Assembly: GCF_963921235.1 (NCBI RefSeq)
Contig: NC_086108.1
Coordinates: 40,488,001 to 40,552,000 of the forward strand
Reading direction: 5' to 3'
DNA length: 64,000 bases
Origin: Mobula hypostoma
Lineage: Eukaryota
Part shown: one piece after another, positions 62,543 to 64,000 of the stretch
Numbering within the stretch: the stretch's first letter is position 1
Layout: every line of letters begins with the position of its first letter
Notes under the pieces: generated by a model
The model's database searches: none
Seen by the model: only the letters and a program-made list of their open reading frames with translations
Told to the model about the DNA's origin: nothing
Position numbers and translations under genes: made by a program

Positions 62543-64000
62543 TAAACATGAGAAAATCCGCAGATGATAGAAATCCACAGCAACGCACACAAAATGCTGG
62601 AGGAACTCAGCAAGCCTAGCAACATCTATGGAAAAGAGTGAACAGTTGACATTTTGGGCCGAGACCCTTCATCAAGACTGCAAAACATAGAAACATCGAA
62701 ACATAGAAAACCTACAGCACAATGCAGGCCCTTCGGCCCACAAAGCTGTGCCGAACATATCCTTACCTTAGTTCTAGGTACTTAGAACTACCTAGGCTTA
62801 CCCATAGCCCTCTATTTTTCTAAGCTCCATGTATCCATCCAGGAGTATCTTAAAAGACCCTGTTGTTCCGCCTCCACCACTGCCACCGGCAGTCTATTCC
62901 ACACACTCACCACTCTCTGCATAAAAAAACTTACCCCTGACATCTCCTCTGTACCTACTTCCAAGCACCTTAAAACTATGCCCTCTCGTGCTAGCCATTT
63001 CAGCCCTGGGAAAAAGCATCTGACTATCCACACAATCAATGCCTCTCATTATCTTCTACACCACTATCAGGTCACCTCTCATCCTCCGTCGCTCCAAGGA
63101 GAAAAGGCCGAGTTCACTCAACCTATTCTCATAAGGCATGCTCCCCAATCCAGGCAACATCCTTGTAAATCTCCTCTGCACGCTTTCTATGGTTTCCACA
63201 TCCTTCCTGTAGTGAGGCGACCAGAACTGAGCACAGTACTCCAAGTGGGGTCAGACCAGGGTCCTCTATAGCTGCAACATTACCTCTCGGCTCTTAAACT
63301 CAATCCCACGATTAATGAAAGCCAATGCACTGTATGCCTTCTTAACCATAGAGTCAACCTGTGTAGCAGCTTTGAGTGTCCTATGGACTCGGACCCCAAG
63401 ATCCCTCTGATCCTCCACACTGCCAAGAAAGAAGAAAGAGGAGCATTCAGAGTAAGAAGGGGAGGGTTGAAAGAAGTACAAGGTGGAAGGTGATAGGTGA
63501 AACTGGGAGAGGGGAAGAGGGTGAAATAAAGAGCTGGGAAGTTGATTGGTGAAAGAGATAAAGGGTTGGAGAAGGGGAAATCTGATAGGAGAGGATAAAG
63601 ACCATGGAAGGAGGAGGAGAACCAAAGAAGGTGATGGGGAGGTAGGAAGAGATAAGGAGAGAGAGGGAACAGGAATAGGGAGTGGTAAATTTGGGGATGA
63701 TTACTGGAAGTTTGAGAAATCAATGTTCATGCCATCAAGAGGATCCTCAGACGGAATATAAGGTGTTGCTCCTCCAACCTGAGCGTGGCTTCATCACGGC
63801 AGTAGAGGAGGCCATTGACTGACATGTTGAAAAGGGAATGGGAAGTAGAATTTAAATGGGTGACTACTGGGAGAACCCGCTCATTCTGGTGGACGGAGAG
63901 TCGGTGCTCAGCTAAGTGGCTGCCCAATCTACATTAGGTGGCACTTGTTCTGCTTGCAAGGGTAAGTACCAGAAGGGAGATCAGTGGGGAGGGATCAGTG
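62543..64000 (-). mobile_element. Penelope-like element 3' part (GIY-YIG end, pyrimidine tract, hammerhead tail), split by a CR1
   Basis: ORF 63727-63927 HLAEHRLSV...LPVVTHLNSTSHS...LRLEEQHLIFRL; tail with CAGTCTTGATGAAGGGTCTCGGCCCAAAATGTCAACTG at ~62643-62680. Confidence 0.8.
62684..63418 (-). mobile_element. 5'-truncated CR1 inserted into the Penelope element
   Basis: EDQRDLGV...[15 protein letters not shown]...RRRMRGDLI; (TTTCTATG)n tail; ACTGC at both junctions. Confidence 0.88.

Overview
Vertebrate nuclear DNA with no recognisable host gene. The repeat repertoire (HE1/V-SINE-like SINEs, many CR1/HER1-type LINEs, Rex1, L1, Tc1/mariner, hAT MITEs, Penelope-like tails) points to a cartilaginous fish, probably a ray; this is inference from repeat families. 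The window is a mosaic of nested transposable elements. Highlights: (1) two oppositely oriented, decayed copies plus a solo LTR of an env-less retrovirus-like family, with a short CCHC Gag, a foamy/class III-like RT motif (LDIANxFW...LPQG...YVDD), two RNase H-type domains, a tRNA-Leu-like PBS, a shared unexplained segment where env would sit, and two different LTR U3 types; (2) a family of very short Penelope-derived insertions carrying a minimal hammerhead ribozyme, several with 9-13 bp target-site duplications and ends clustered at the ribozyme; (3) two Tc1 elements that each contain a locally templated insertion flanked by a duplication; (4) a palindromic mariner-type MITE; (5) two same-orientation CTCF-like motifs. 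All calls were made by eye; boundaries of degenerate repeats are approximate.
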